Origin: Hemiscyllium ocellatum
Lineage: Eukaryota
Assembly (NCBI RefSeq): GCF_020745735.1
Contig: NC_083402.1
Location: forward strand, 7,316,001 to 7,380,000
Reading direction: 5' to 3'
DNA length: 64,000 nt
In this document: positions 1-13,041 of the stretch, in pieces
How positions within the stretch are numbered: position 1 is the stretch's first letter
Layout: each line of letters begins with the position of its first letter
Program-made: the position numbers and the translations under genes
Notes under the pieces: model-generated
The model's input: the letters and a program-made list of their open reading frames with translations, nothing else
Databases searched by the model: none
What the model was told of the DNA's origin: nothing

Positions 1-940
1 TTGTGAAGTTGCTGGTGTCTTAGGGTCTCTTGTTGGAGTGAACAAGTTCTTTAGAACATTTAGTGCATTTCCTGCCATCTGAAAATTTAAAAGGTCTATC
101 ATCAGAGTGAACTCACTGATGTGTCAACAGGTGGAATGTGTGACTGTATCCCTTTCAACACTGGCAAGTGAATAGTGTTGGAACATGTTGGTATGCAGTG
201 AGGTGAGCTGAAAATGTGTTGCTGGATAAGCGCAGCAGGTCAGGCAGCATCCAAAGAGCAGGAGAATCAACGTTTCGGGCACGAGCCCTTCCTGAAGAAG
301 GGCTCATGCCCGAAACGTCGATTCTCCTGCTCTTTGAATGCTGCCTGACCTGCTGAGCTTATCCAGCAACACATTTTCAGCTCTGATCTCCAGCATCTGC
401 AGTCCTCACTTTCTCCATGCAGTGAGGTAAGATGATTGCCTGAACCCAGTCCCACAATGAGACCACCAGAGTGGTCTGTCCGCAGTATGAACATGTTGAT
501 GAATCATCAGATGGTGAGAACGTTTATTGCATTTCCCACAATCTGAGCATTTTAAAGGCCTCTCATCAGATTGGACAGTTGATGGGACATCTGTCCTTGT
601 CAACTTGTAAAGCATTTCCCACAATTTGAACTTTTAAAAGTTTCTTGTTATAGTGAACTTGTTGGTATATCAGCAGCTGGTATGATTGAGTGTATCCCTT
701 GCCACACTCTGTGTGGGTAAACAGCCTCTCCCCAGTGTGAACTCGCTGATGTGCAGTCAGCTGGGATGGTCGGCTGAACCCAGTTCCACAGTGAGAACAC
801 TTGAATGGTCTCTCATCAGTGAACAAGTTGATGCAACATCAGTTCTCCAGAATGTTTACAGCATTGCCTACATTCTGAATATTTTAAAGGACTCTCTCCC
901 ATGTGAACTCTCTAGTGTCTCCAGAGAGTTGCATACAAAA
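1..940 (-). pseudogene. Degenerate tandem C2H2 zinc-finger array (roughly 8 fingers), running off the window edge
   Basis: Minus-strand CxxC...HxxxH fingers with TGERPF-like linkers (e.g. [29 protein letters not shown]; LKCSDCGKCNKRSHHLMIHQHVHTADRP). Frameshifts, lost Cys/His residues and a PLE insertion at 205-416. Confidence 0.85.
205..416. mobile_element. Non-autonomous PLE hairpin (inverted plus sense terminal repeat)
   Basis: Near-perfect inverted arms of about 85 bp. 12-bp TSD ATGCAGTGAGGT at 193-204 and 417-428. Hammerhead-like core at 292-319. Confidence 0.85.
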
Positions 941-1359
941 TGCTTGTTTTTGTAAAGTCTTAAGTCTTTGATGTGATTTACAATTGAGTGGTTTGCATGA
1001 ATGGCATTGTTTCTATATGCTAAAATCTGCAACAGATACTTTGAATTTCATTTTATTTCATCTCAGTATGGCTCTTGAAGTCTACCTGTGATGGAGTTAA
1101 GTGAGTTATTAAGGAAGAAGACCATATGATGTAGAAGCTGAAGTAGGCCATTCATTCCATCAAGTCTTGCAGGTGCTGTGATTGGGGGGTTGGAAACATA
1201 TGAAATGGGAACCATTTGCAGGCAAAAGACTCCAAACAGACATCTGATGGTCTGTTCTTTTACCAGAATATGAACATCATTATCTTTTGACTGTGGAAGC
1301 AATTGTATTATGTTTTTTTTCTCAGTCTGAGAGCTCAGAAGAGCCAAGAGGAGACATGA

Positions 1360-2832
1360 GAAGTTGTTGGCGATAGGATCGGGGTAGACCCTAAGGCTTT
1401 CTATAGGTATTTAAGGAATAAAAGAATGACGAGAGTAAGATTAGGGCCAATCAAGGATAATGGTGGGAAGTTGTGTGTGGAGTCAGAGGAGATAGGGGAA
1501 GCACTAAATGAACATTTTTCAACAGTATTCACTCTAGAAATTGACAACGTTGTTGAGGAGATTACTGAGATACAGGCTACTAGACTAGGTGTGATTGAGG
1601 TTCACAAGGAGGAGGTATTAGAAATCCTGCAGAGTGTGAAAATAGGTAAGTCCCCTGGACCGGATGGGATTTACCCTAGTATCCTCTGGGAAGCCAGGGA
1701 GGAGATTGCTAAGCTTTGGCATTGATCTTTAAATCGGCATTGTCTACAGGAATAGTGCCAGAAGACTGGAGGATAGCAAATGTGGTTCCACTGTTCAAGA
1801 AGGGGAGTAGAGATAATCCTGGTAACTATAGACCAGTGAGCCTCACTTCAGTTGTTGGTAAAGTATTGGAAAAGGTTAAAAGAGGTAGGATTTATAATCA
1901 TTTAGAAAAGAATAATTTGATTAGGGATAGTCAGCACGGTTTTGTGAAGGGTAGGTCATGCCTCACAAACCTTATTGAGTTCTTTGATAAAGTGAGAATA
2001 AACCGGTTGATGTGGTGTACATGGTTTTCAGCAAGGCATTCGGTAAGGTTCGCACACTAGGCTATTGTACAAAATGCGGAGGAATGGGATTGTGGGAGAT
2101 ATAGCAGTTTGGATCAGCAATTGGCTTGCTGAAAGAAGTCAGAGAGTGGTGGTCAATGGGAAATGTTCATCCTGGAGTCAGGTTACCAGTGGTGTACTGC
2201 AACGTTCGGTATTGGGTCCACTGCTGTTCGTCATTTTTATAAATGACCTGAATGAGGGCGTAGAAGGGTGGGGGATTTACTAGGATGTTGCCTAGTATGG
2301 AGGGAAGGTCTTAAAGGCTGAGGCACTTGAGGCTGTTTTCATTAGAGAGAAGAAGGTTGAGAGGTGACTTATTAGAGATATATAAGATAATCAGAGGGTT
2401 AGATAGGGTGGACAGGGCGAGCCTTTTTCCAAGAATGGTGATGGCGAGCATGAGGGGGCATAGCTTTAAATTTAGGGGTGATAGATATAGGACAGATGTC
2501 AGAGGTAGTTTCTTTACTCAGAGAGTAGTAAGGGTATGGAATGCTTTGCCTGCAACGGTAGTAGATTCACCAACTTTAAGTACATTTAAGTCGTCATTGG
2601 ACAAGCATATGGACGTACATGGAATAGTGTAGGTTAGATGGGCTTCAGATTGGTATGACAGGTCAATAGACAATAGGCAATAGACAATAGGTGCAGGAGT
2701 AGGGCATTCTGCCCTTCGAGCCTGCACCACCATTCATTATGATCATGGTTGATCATCCTCAATCAGGTCGGTACAACATCGTGGGCCGAAGGGCCTGTAC
2801 TGTGCTGCAATGTTCTATGTTTTATGTTCTAT
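1360..2832 (+). mobile_element. CR1 LINE, 5'-truncated ORF2 (RT) with internal deletion and 3' tail
   Basis: [57 protein letters not shown] and LFSLERRRLRGDL motifs; (TTCTATG)n-type tail. A small nested CR1 3' piece lies near 2665-2765. Confidence 0.92.
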
Positions 2833-4269
2833 GAAAAGATTTCAGATGTTGGTGGGACTGTATGTTTTCCAAGATATTCACAATCCTGATTAGACCATTC
2901 TGAAGTAAGAGTTCATTCTGCATACCCCACCTGCCGAAGGATGACCTGTATTGGGCTCAGTAGGAGTACAGTAGATTTACTGGAATGATAGTTTGTGTTC
3001 ACAAGTTAAATGATCAGAATAGGTTAAACAGAAAAAAAAGATTCATTGTGGCACAGAAAAAGGCCATTCAGCCTATCAAGTCCAAGCTGACTCTCTGTTG
3101 CATTATCCAATATGTCTCATTCACCACTGTATCCCCCAAATCCTGCAAATTTACTTCCGCCAATTCCTGACATAATTTCATTGATCTTCTCCACTTGCAC
3201 CACTCTGTAGGCAGCATGTTTTGCACATTTCCAGTAAATTCAGCCAACAGAAACAGTTGCTCATCTATCATTTTCTCAATACTTTAAACCGGATCTTAAT
3301 TCCTGTGGCATCACCTATAGGTCACTTTTTTTTTGTCTAGATCTGTTATAATCTTATGCAGTTCTATCAAAATGATTCTTATTTTTTTTCTTCAAGGAAA
3401 ATAACCATTTCTGCAAATCAATCCTTTAACTATATTTTTTGTCTCTCTGATAGATCTGTGCTCCACACTCTCAAGGGCTTTAAAAACATCTTTCTTGACC
3501 AGAACTGATGTGACCTGAATTTGACCAATCCTTCTCTATGACATAAGCAACCTTAATCAAAGATCACCCCTTCTGCCATGAAGTTATTCTCATTAACTCT
3601 ACTAATGAAATCCAAGATCCCATATATTATGTTAATCGTTCTTTGATTATGTCCTCTCACCTTTAAAGATTTGAGTACATTGACCCCAACTGTCTGTCCC
3701 TAAATGTCCTCTAAATTTGTGTCAGTCAAATATGTTTTCCCTCTCCGTGTTGCTTCTCTCAAAATGCATCAACTCATGATGTGTTCTAAAAAAGATATAT
3801 ATTTAACTCAAAATGCTAACTCTCACTGCACAATTTCTTTTCCACTCAGCCTTCCTGAGATATTTACAGGTTAAAAAAAAACCTCCACAAGCTAATAACT
3901 CTCAAGATGAAGAAATCCTCGACTGCATCTGTAGAGTGAATGCAGAGTTAATGTTTCATATCCAATCCAGTTACATCTGAAGAAGTGTCACTGGAACCAA
4001 ACATTAACTCTGCTTTTTCTCCACTGGTGCTGCCAGAACTGCTGAGTTTCACGAGGAATTTCTGTTTTTGTTTCTGATTTCCAGAATCCACAGTTCTTTA
4101 TCTTTTTTTCTTTCATTGTGGTGAATGTTTGTATTCAGACTGGAGGCAAATGTGCTGTACTGTTGAAACAATTCTCTTTTTGAAGAACATGTATGAACTG
4201 GATTCCAGTGTATAGAACATAATTTCAATGCCTGCAGATAATATGGAAATCCAATGTGTAGTATTATGG

Positions 4270-4394
4270 AGGAGAAAGTGAGGACTGCAGATGCTGGAGA
4301 TCAGAGCTGAAAATGTGTTGCTGGAAAAGCGCAGCAGGTCAGGCAGCATCCAAGGAACAGGAGATTCGAAGTTTCAGGCATAAGCCCTTCTTCA
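4270..4394 (-). mobile_element. PLE terminal-repeat fragment
   Basis: Same sequence family as 205-416 (GGAGAAAGTGAGGACTGCAGATGCTGG...CCCTTCTTCAG). Confidence 0.8.
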
Positions 4395-4995
4395 GACCAG
4401 ACCAAACCACCTCAAAACATATCCAGGAGACAGCTTAGACCCTGACTAAATGCAAGTTCATCACATTGCATTCTGGATGTGATTCGATTGGTTAAACCAC
4501 TAGGCTTTACACACTTTATTCTGACAGCACAATTAAAATACAAATTAAAAAAAACACACAGAAATGGTATAACTTTAACTTTACCAAAATATTTAGCAAA
4601 ATAATATGTTATTCATCAATTGCAGCATCTCAAAAACACACAGTTGGCAAAGGCAAAGTCAGCACAACAGAGTTCCTGCACTTGCTGTCTCCTCCAGTGC
4701 AGACTGAAGGAATCTAGCATCAGAGTGAGAACTCAAGCTTTTGTCGCAGCAGGGAGAGGGCTGAATTTATCAGCTTCAACTCCCAACTCCAACTTTAAAA
4801 ACTGAAAGCAAAATGAAAACCCTAGCTCTGTGTGAGCCTGACCCCACTCCCTCATGCTTTTTTTGTCTAATTAAAGATAACCCAAAGCTATTTACTCACT
4901 TTCCATAGAACAGGGACCTCAGTACCAGCTAACAACACCCCTCTTCAAGACAAACAGGACAGAAAACATCCCATTTAACAGCACATGTGGTCACA
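4395..4995 (-). mobile_element. Solo LTR (Gypsy-type), one end clipped by the PLE
   Basis: Reverse complement starts TGTGACC, contains AATAAA and resembles the LTRs at 14705-15292 and 27870-28220. Confidence 0.6.
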
Positions 4996-6871
4996 GGAGT
5001 GAAGAATGAAGAAGGTACCAACAGTGTTTGGAGCATGTAGGTTGGTGAAATGGTCAAACAAATGAAAATTAACACGAGAAGTTGTAGTGACTTGTAATGA
5101 AAGGAAGAGGTTAGGCCACAGATCAGCCCAAATCTCATTCAATGTTAGAATGGGATTGAAGGGTTGATTGGACTACCCCTATTCCTATGTTCCTAAGAAT
5201 GAACAGTGGTGATATAACTGCCATGATACAATTTTACACTGGTTACAGGAACAGAAAGTGGGTGGGAATGCACATTGACAAGATTTTGAAGCTCAGAGGG
5301 TTAGTTCAAATTGATTAAATACTGCAAAAGGAATGTTTTGTTTTTATTGGCTCAGGCACACAGTAGAAAAGTAAGGTTGAACATTTCTCAATCATTAGTT
5401 TGAACCTAGCTGGATAAACATGACCAATCTGTGGGTTATACTTTAGGGAAGAATTTCTGTGCAATAAAGATTAACTTGAAATGTTTCCAGAGAAAAGAGA
5501 CTTTAGTTCTTTGGAGGAACTGATGTTGTTTATCTGAGAGCAGAGCAGATTCAGGTTATATTTGATTGAGCTGACAGGACATTCAATTAGCAAATGGACA
5601 CAGGTCAAGGTGATTGACAAAAGAACCAGAGGTCACATGACAGAGTCGATGTACTACTCTGTGGAGAGAACGTGGGGAGTGTGACTAATTGAGATCACTT
5701 TTTCAAAGGGGCAGCATGAGGGTAGTGGGCTGAATAGCCTCCTCCAATCATGTATGAAACTGCCAAACAGGAAGCAGATATTGCCTATTTGGCTGTCACA
5801 CTGGAGACATTCCACAAGAGACCTGGGTCATACAAGAACATTAACTGTGATCTGTAGCCATCAGAGAATGGAACATGTTATTGATGAGCTCTGAGACTCA
5901 GAATAATCTGTATTTAACAATTTGAAGCATTATAAAATGCCCTGCAAGATGACCTAAGGTTCACAAATGATTGAAGTTCAACAATGATCTTCCTGAAGTT
6001 TGGAGCAGGCTTGAAAGCCTGAATGATCTACCTCCGCTCCTCTTACTCATAGTCATATGTTTCATTCTGGGGAGGACCAATCAAGTTGTGGAAACATTCA
6101 GGAGAGATGAGATTGGAACAGGGGGGACATTGGACACGACGGGAAACAAGGTTAGAGAGAGTGAGGTGGGGCAGGATCAACTATTAGAGGGTGCAGGGAC
6201 TGAGCAGAATGTGAGAACAGATTAGGTAGATTTTTAAAATTCCTTTAAGGCATATGGATTTCACTGGTGAGGCCAACATTTGTTACCCATCCCTTATTGT
6301 CCTTGATCTGAGAAACTTGTTTGGCCATTTCAGAGGGCAGCATGTCAGAGTCAGACACATTGTATTCAATCTGTCCTAAGAGGACACAGTGATGTTTGAA
6401 ATGGGGATCTGATATCACCTTTAGGGCAGATGGTAGATTTGCTTAGTGAACCTAGTGTTGTTTATTAGCAACAATTGATAACAAATCAGATGGTCACCAT
6501 CAGAAAGACAAGGCTTCAATTCCAGATTTATTAATTAAATTCCAAAAATTGGCATGGTGCGAATTGAACCCCATCTCCCCAGAGCATGAACCTGATCCTT
6601 GGGTTCCCCTTAACAGCCCAGCTACTGGGAGTCATTTGGAATGCATGACTAGACTCTTTTCCTTGACCCATACAGAAGCAGCACACAGATAGGATGTGAA
6701 CAGCCCGAGACAGTAAGGATCAGGCATCACCAATCATTCAGCCAGATGTTTCAGGAAATTGGAAATGGTTATTGTCCAATAATCCATCCAGAGTCAGTGA
6801 ATGAGGAGAGAATTTTCATCTCCATTGTTTGGATAATAATCTAAAGAGTCTAATCAGATTCCTTTATGGAA

Positions 6872-7290
6872 TGTTATGACACAGGGATGGCAAGCCAAAC
6901 CAAATCCACCTCACTATCATTGGATTCACAACACAATGAAAAGAAAACATTCAATGATCCTCAAAGTTATGGAATTGTTGCAAATAAGACATGGCAAGTC
7001 ACACACCTTGAACAAGTTTATAACTTTAACAAAAATTAACAATTCATTTTGAAAAAAACAGAAGTTAACAGAACACAGATGAACTATAAGGCAATCTAAT
7101 TAATATCCCCCCTCCCTCACCCCGCACCCCCCTTCCCACCCCCTCGGTCTCCCTGTCCAAAACCCAGTCAGAGCCAGTTCACTTTTTAAAAATTTTATTG
7201 TCCACATTCTCTGTGCTGGTTGGCTAGCAATGGTCTTCCCACGATTAACCAATTCAACACACAACCAGCTGCCAGTTCCTAAGCATAGCA
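6872..7290. mobile_element. Degenerate LTR-like sequence
   Basis: Starts TGTTATGAC, with an A-rich interior like the other solo LTRs here; right end unclear. Confidence 0.35.
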
Positions 7291-8152
7291 ACATGTCAGT
7301 TCACCTACAGGGTCTTTACAGCATTAATTATCCTGTTATTAGCTGCTTCAAGCATGCTTACGCCGGTCCCCCAGCAGATGCAGAAAGACCACCTCCGTGT
7401 TGATAGTACTTATCAAAGATCACTGGACAAGGAAGCATTTCAAAGACTCCTAAAGGCCTCTCTCTTTGAGATAACATTGATGTAAAGACATGGGAGTCTG
7501 TTGTTCAAATTGAACTGACTTGGAGGAAACTCCTGTATGAAGAGACACAATTCTTTGAGAACACCCATCAGCAGATGAAGCATGGAAAAGGAACCAGAGC
7601 ATGGAATGTCAATGATCTCTAGATCAAAGGCTAATTCTGCCATCTGGAAGAAATTGTCAAATGTGTGGCTGGAGATGTGGCTTTCAGAATCCATGAGAGC
7701 AGCACAGAATTTCCTCAGTGGATGATCACACTCATTAGCAAGTAATTGCAAATAACAATGACATTGAACTAATCTATGTTACCTTTCCAGGCCAGATTCC
7801 AACAGCAAAAGTTTTCGTTTTGTTCACTCATCTTCTGTAAAACAAGCTCAAAGTATAATTCTCAATTTTCAACGTCAAATCACAGTTCCAAACCAGAAGG
7901 GGGGAAGACCAACGAATAGTAGTGATGGTGTCAATGGGAAACATACTGCATTTTACTTGTTTACTTTGAATGGGAATAAAATTAGTCCATCAAAGGGGTC
8001 AGCCAGTGAATTGAGGGTGATACTCTGCCACTGCATCTTTGTCCAGGATTCCTACTATATTATTCCTTCACATTCTGTTACAGTGTCTGAAATGGATGGT
8101 GATTGGTCAGTTAGAGTACAGCCAGTACCTGGAGCAGACGGCTACTGCGCCT

Positions 8153-8446
8153 GATTAGATTCCCTACAGTGTGGAAACAGGCCCTTCAGCCCAACCAGTC
8201 CACATCGACCCTCCGAAGAGTAACTCACCCAGTCCCATTTCCCTCTGACTAATGCACCGAGCATTAGGGGCAACTTAGCATGGCCAATTCACTTGACCTG
8301 CATATCTTTGGATTGTAGGAGGAAACCCACACAAACTGGGGGAGAATGTGCAAACTCCACACAGACAGTCGCCTGAGGCTGGAATCAAATCTGGGACCCT
8401 GCTGCTGTGAGGCAGCAGTACTAACCACTGAGCCACCATGCCACCC
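8153..8446 (-). mobile_element. tRNA-derived V-SINE (HE1-like)
   Basis: tRNA-like head GGGTGGCATGGTGGCTCAGTGGTTAG, V-core GTGTGGAGTTTGCACATTCTCCCC, AATCT-type tail. Confidence 0.85.
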
Positions 8447-9910
8447 CAAGATTAGTCTTGAGAATGCTGGACAACCCCTGGATCATTCCTGAAAAACATA
8501 AAGGAACATAAATATTCAGAGGAAGCTAATGGCATAATCCCAGGTCACAATAAAAAAAACATTTTTTGCTTCTTCCCATACAGTTCGTGGGTCTGGCTAG
8601 CTGGACCTAGTTGCCTTTCCAAAGGTGGGGAACTGTTGCAGGGTCAAAGTCTTGGAATTGCCTTCCTAAGGGCATTGTGGCTCTACCTACAGCACATGGA
8701 CTACAGCAGTTAATGAAGGCAGCTCACCACCACCTTCTCAAGGGCAAGTAAGGACAAGTAATAAATGCTGACCCAACAAGAGATGCCCATGTCCCACGAA
8801 TGAATTTAAAAGATGCTCAGATTTAGACACAAATCACCCATGTCAGCTTTGAAAAAATGGTCACCAGAAACAGTCTTCCCTTACCTACCTAAGGTATAGT
8901 CGGCAGCTGTAACATAGGGAGGGCTGTGCAGACACTGTCAGGAATCACAGTGACAAATCATTCCAGGCAGCTCTGGCTCATCATTGTGCATCTAATCACA
9001 GGGCAGGGAGGTATTGGAGATGAGAGAAAAATTCTTGCGAGGGCTTCCCATCTGCTTTAACTTTGGAAATCTTGGAAAGTGGGGGATGATCAGGAAGTCA
9101 TATCCGTATCCAGGGGAAATTCAGCTGCTTGGAGAGCAAAGGAGGAAATAGTAGTTCTCATACAAACTCAATGCTCACTGCAAGTGAGAACAGTTCAATC
9201 TTTCCCTCCATAAAATTGCATTACAGCTCAAAGTATCCATGGTAATAAAAATGAGCAACAGTTTAGTTTAGCATGGAGGTGAATTGCAGGTCAATTTGCG
9301 AGATTGTAGGTGATTCTGGAGCTAGAGACTTGCATACAGCTGGAAATTGACAAATTCTCTTTAGAATTTATTAACCTGTCATTAACCTGTCTTGGTTTTT
9401 TGAGGGCTCTTTCCCACTCTGAGTGTTTGAGCAGCTTTCTAAAAGGACAAACCACATTAGTAGCTCATCAGCAGGAGGCTGCATTCAGCAAGAGATATTC
9501 AATTCATCTCTGAACCAGAGCATTTCTACCACTACCCTTGTTTCAATCACTAATTATCCTACCTTTTCAAAGGTGTGGTGTGCTCCATTTGCTGTCAACA
9601 CGCTAAAGAGACAAAAATGATGAAAAAAATTATTACATTGTCTCCACAATTGGAAGTGTCTCAAACAAAGCTATCTCTCAGCAACTCTATATATATATAT
9701 CACACAATTAGACATTGAGTTCTAGAATCTGATGTGACACCTCAAGAATATCCTAAACAGCCCAGTCCAAAATCAGTAATTGACCAAGTCAGATTAGCAT
9801 GCTTTAGAATAATTAGCAGGGTGAGGCAGCAAACATAGGAAGATGTCTTCAGTCAAAGAGCAGAGACAAGTTAAGATAGAAGATATTAATATTGTTATAA
9901 TCCCAGGTGA

Positions 9911-10340
9911 TGTTATTACTGATAAATCAGATCCCAGACATGGAACCTGGCTGGCTAGATCATATTCAGATTATTCTGAGTATATAATGAAATGGTCTCT
10001 CTTTGAAAGATAAGCTCACAATACTGCACGTATTGCTTTAACAATAAAACAGAAGTTTATTCAGAAAAAAAGATAACATTGAGTAAACAAATCTATCCAG
10101 TTATGACAGAAATGCAAAAACATTTTAAGCATAGGCTAAAAGTATGATTCTTTTTATGCCAAAACACTCTTTTCCAAATTACAAACAGTAAAACGCTTTT
10201 TCATCGTACCCAAAGCTTTTAACTAGAACAGTGACCAAAAACACACATCATATAGTAACCAAAAACACTACTTGTACAATACCCAAACCAGAATTCTTAT
10301 TTCTATCACTTTGGTACATATACGCCACTTGAAATTTTGA
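9911..10340. mobile_element. Degenerate LTR-like sequence
   Basis: Starts TGTTATT, with an A-rich LTR-like interior; boundaries uncertain. Confidence 0.3.
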
Positions 10341-11057
10341 CTTATAGATTAACATGTAGGTTCTTCCAGGAACTAGGATATGGCTGAGCTTAAATGCACT
10401 GTGTTCTGAGTAACCCCTTCAGAGTTTTGTCCCAACATTTTTGGGCTGTGATTAACATTGACTCTTCACATGAAGATAAAGAAGTTCACTACTTCCTTCC
10501 CTTCCCAGGAGCACAGGTGCCATATTCATCCAAGGATTTCATGGGACTGCACAAACCAAGAGGAAAACTCTTCCTCCAAACAATGGGTGTATCCCTTAAG
10601 CTTTAAAAAAAACTTCGGAAATTTCTAACAAACTCTGTAGGCTCATTATGGGCCACAAAAAATCTAAAATAAATAAAAATATATCAATTCTGAAGCTAGG
10701 CCTCAAAAACTGTTTTTAGAAGAAATCAGCATGGCTACAGCAATTCTAACTAAGCCAGTTATTAACCTTAGATACACATAAAATCCACATATTCCGAACT
10801 TTAAAAAAAAAGCACAAATTTAAAACAAATAAAATTAAATAACCAAGCTGGGTGAGATGTTGAACTATGAATAGGATACAGATACTTCAGCGCAACTTGA
10901 GTCAGTTCAGTGAGTGTGCATATGCATTGTAGTTGACATATAATGTGGTTAAGTATGAGATCATCCACTTTGGTAGCAAAAACAGGAACAAGACAAAATG
11001 CAACCACAAAACAAGTTCTCCACAGTGATTAAAGCAGAAAATATATTCAACTAAGAA

Positions 11058-11162
11058 AAAAGTGAGGACTGCAGATGCTGGGGATCAGAGTTGAAGACTG
11101 TGGTGCTGGAAAAGTACAACTGATCAGGCAGCATCCGAGGAGCAGGAGAATCGATGTTTCAA
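11058..11162 (-). mobile_element. PLE terminal-repeat fragment
   Basis: AAAGTGAGGACTGCAGATGCTGG...GGAGAATCGATGTTTC. Confidence 0.75.
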
Positions 11163-11899
11163 CAGTTTTTGTATGAAGGGATGCAATTTATTTTAAAATA
11201 CCCATTGAAAGAAGGATGTATAGAACAGGAACCAGAAAAATGAATACCAGTGATCCCATAGCCAAGACAAATTCCAGAAGTGTGGGTAGAGAAACAGCTC
11301 CAGGATTATGCTCAACAGCCACACAATGATACGCAGGACTCACAAGTAATGATGTAATTTCCACCATCAAAAACCAAGATAAAATGGAAATGGGTAAAGG
11401 TGGTCAAGATGTGGCTCAACCTACAACACATGGACTGCAGTATTTCAAGAAGGTCACCACCACATTCTCCAGCGTCACTAGGGACAGGCAATAAATGCTG
11501 ACCAGCCAGTGAGACCCACTCCACAACTGAAAAATATTTTGTCTGTCTATTGATTATTCTGCTGATATCATCTTCATGATTGCCATCTTGAACCACTTAG
11601 ATTGGGAATCCACGATGTCTAGTCTAATCTAATCTAATCTAACATCTTTCCCTCTATTCATCCTGTGAAATCAATACAAACCTACTGTCATAGTGATTTA
11701 GAGGTCTCCATGATAGTCATCATCTGTTTGGGCACCTTGTCTAGTCCCTTGCCATCGATTACATGACCCAGATTCTCTACAGAGTCTTTAAAAAACTCAC
11801 ATTTCTCCATTTTTACTTTTCAGCTGTGCTCTGACAGTCTTTTTAGGGTTCCTTCTCAATTTATCAAATGCTCCTCTTTGAAGAATTCAATAATCAAGA

Positions 11900-12255
11900 T
11901 ACCTTCCAGATAACACTGAACTCCTGGCACTCTTAATATTTGATGCATGACCCTCTGGAACTGAGTACATGCTGACATGATGGCAAGCAGACATTGCTGG
12001 TAGTGGAATAGACCCTTGTGTGTTGCTATTGTCAGTGGTGGCTGGGACTTCTTCGTGACCCATATCTATAAGTAACATTATGAAAGATCCATGTTTGACA
12101 ATTTCTTTTACCCAGCCAGTGTACTGAATAGGACCTCAGTGAGTGGAAGTGTGTATTGATCCACTCTTAGGGCTTGGTTGGTCATGAACTTAAAATCATC
12201 ACTGATCATCACTTGCCCATCTATTTTGAATGCTGGAATAATGTGAGTTTCAGTA
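11900..12255 (-). mobile_element. Ty3/Gypsy RT fragment
   Basis: IIPAFKIDGQVMISDDFKFMTNQALRVDQYTLP resembles the Gypsy PIVPVxKxDGSVRICGDFKxTVN...DxYPLP motif. Confidence 0.65.
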
Positions 12256-12913
12256 GATCCCAAGTGCGTACTCTCTTCTTGAAACATTGGCCCGAGTCCC
12301 CTCACAGCCATTGCTCTTGACTCATTCCCGGATGTGTACCATTCTTCCCTGGCACTGACTGCAGCCAGAGTCCCCTCATTACCGCTTCCTTCAATGTTAT
12401 CAAAATTTCCAAAGGCTAGTCAACCTTTCCTTTGGGAGTAATAAAAGGTGTTTGCAGACAGATTGTTGGTCAGATCCACACTGGCTGGTAACTTGTTACT
12501 TAATTCACTGGGAACCAAGAGTTTTACACAAGGGAGGCCCAGTTAAAACTCTGCACAGGAGTCACTTTATTGACAATGGTCAGATCTCCACAGCTGGAAC
12601 TAGCCTGACCCCAAAGCTCCTCACCTTGTGAATCACCCAGCCAACTCAGGAGCAGTACACCAATTACAAAGATAAGATATTGACCCTTCAACCAAGGGAA
12701 ACGGGTGTTTTCGGTCCACCACATCCATGCCCCTCATGATCTTATCCACCTCAATCAAGCCCCTCCTCTGTCTTCTCTGCTCCAAAGAAAACAACCTGAG
12801 CATATGAAGCCTCTCTTCATCGCTAAAATGCTCTTTCCAAGGTAACATCCTGGTGAATCTCCTCTGCATCCTCTCCAGTCTTTTTGTTTCAAACTCAGAA
12901 CAATATGGCTTTA

Positions 12914-13041
12914 TTAAACCTCATTCTCCATAAACCCATATCCTTTGCTCTTGAAGTTGATGAAGATTATGAAGCAGATGGGCAGGACGAGAAGCTTTGG
13001 ATTGACCAGCAGATATACAGTGGTGGACTCAGTCCTCTTCA
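12914..13041 (-). pseudogene. Transmembrane exon of single-V Ig receptor, copy A: (V)KRTESTTVYLLVNPKLLVLPICFIIFINFKSKGYGFMENEV*
   Basis: Strong acceptor TCTTGCTGTTTTACAG, phase-1 compatible with the V exon (G|TG = Val). Hydrophobic stretch with Lys at 12995-12997; TAA overlaps AATAAA. Confidence 0.75.

Noticed and set aside
205-416. MITE/DNA-transposon or CRISPR interpretation of the hairpins
   Set aside because: The arms are identical to PLE terminal repeats at 32118-33022, TSD length varies, and there is no repeat-spacer periodicity.
8153-8446. tRNA genes at SINE heads (also 26288 and 54494)
   Set aside because: The tRNA-like head continues into the V-core and LINE-like tail; no complete cloverleaf.
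8885-9124. 240-nt minus-strand segment between a good acceptor and a GTAAGG donor as a C2 Ig exon
   Set aside because: Stops in all frames and no convincing Cys/Trp Ig pattern.
9563-9602. Small exon candidate, and its resemblance to an acceptor near 55275 (both would give Ala-Cys-stop)
   Set aside because: Similarity does not extend beyond about 8 nt; consistent with chance.
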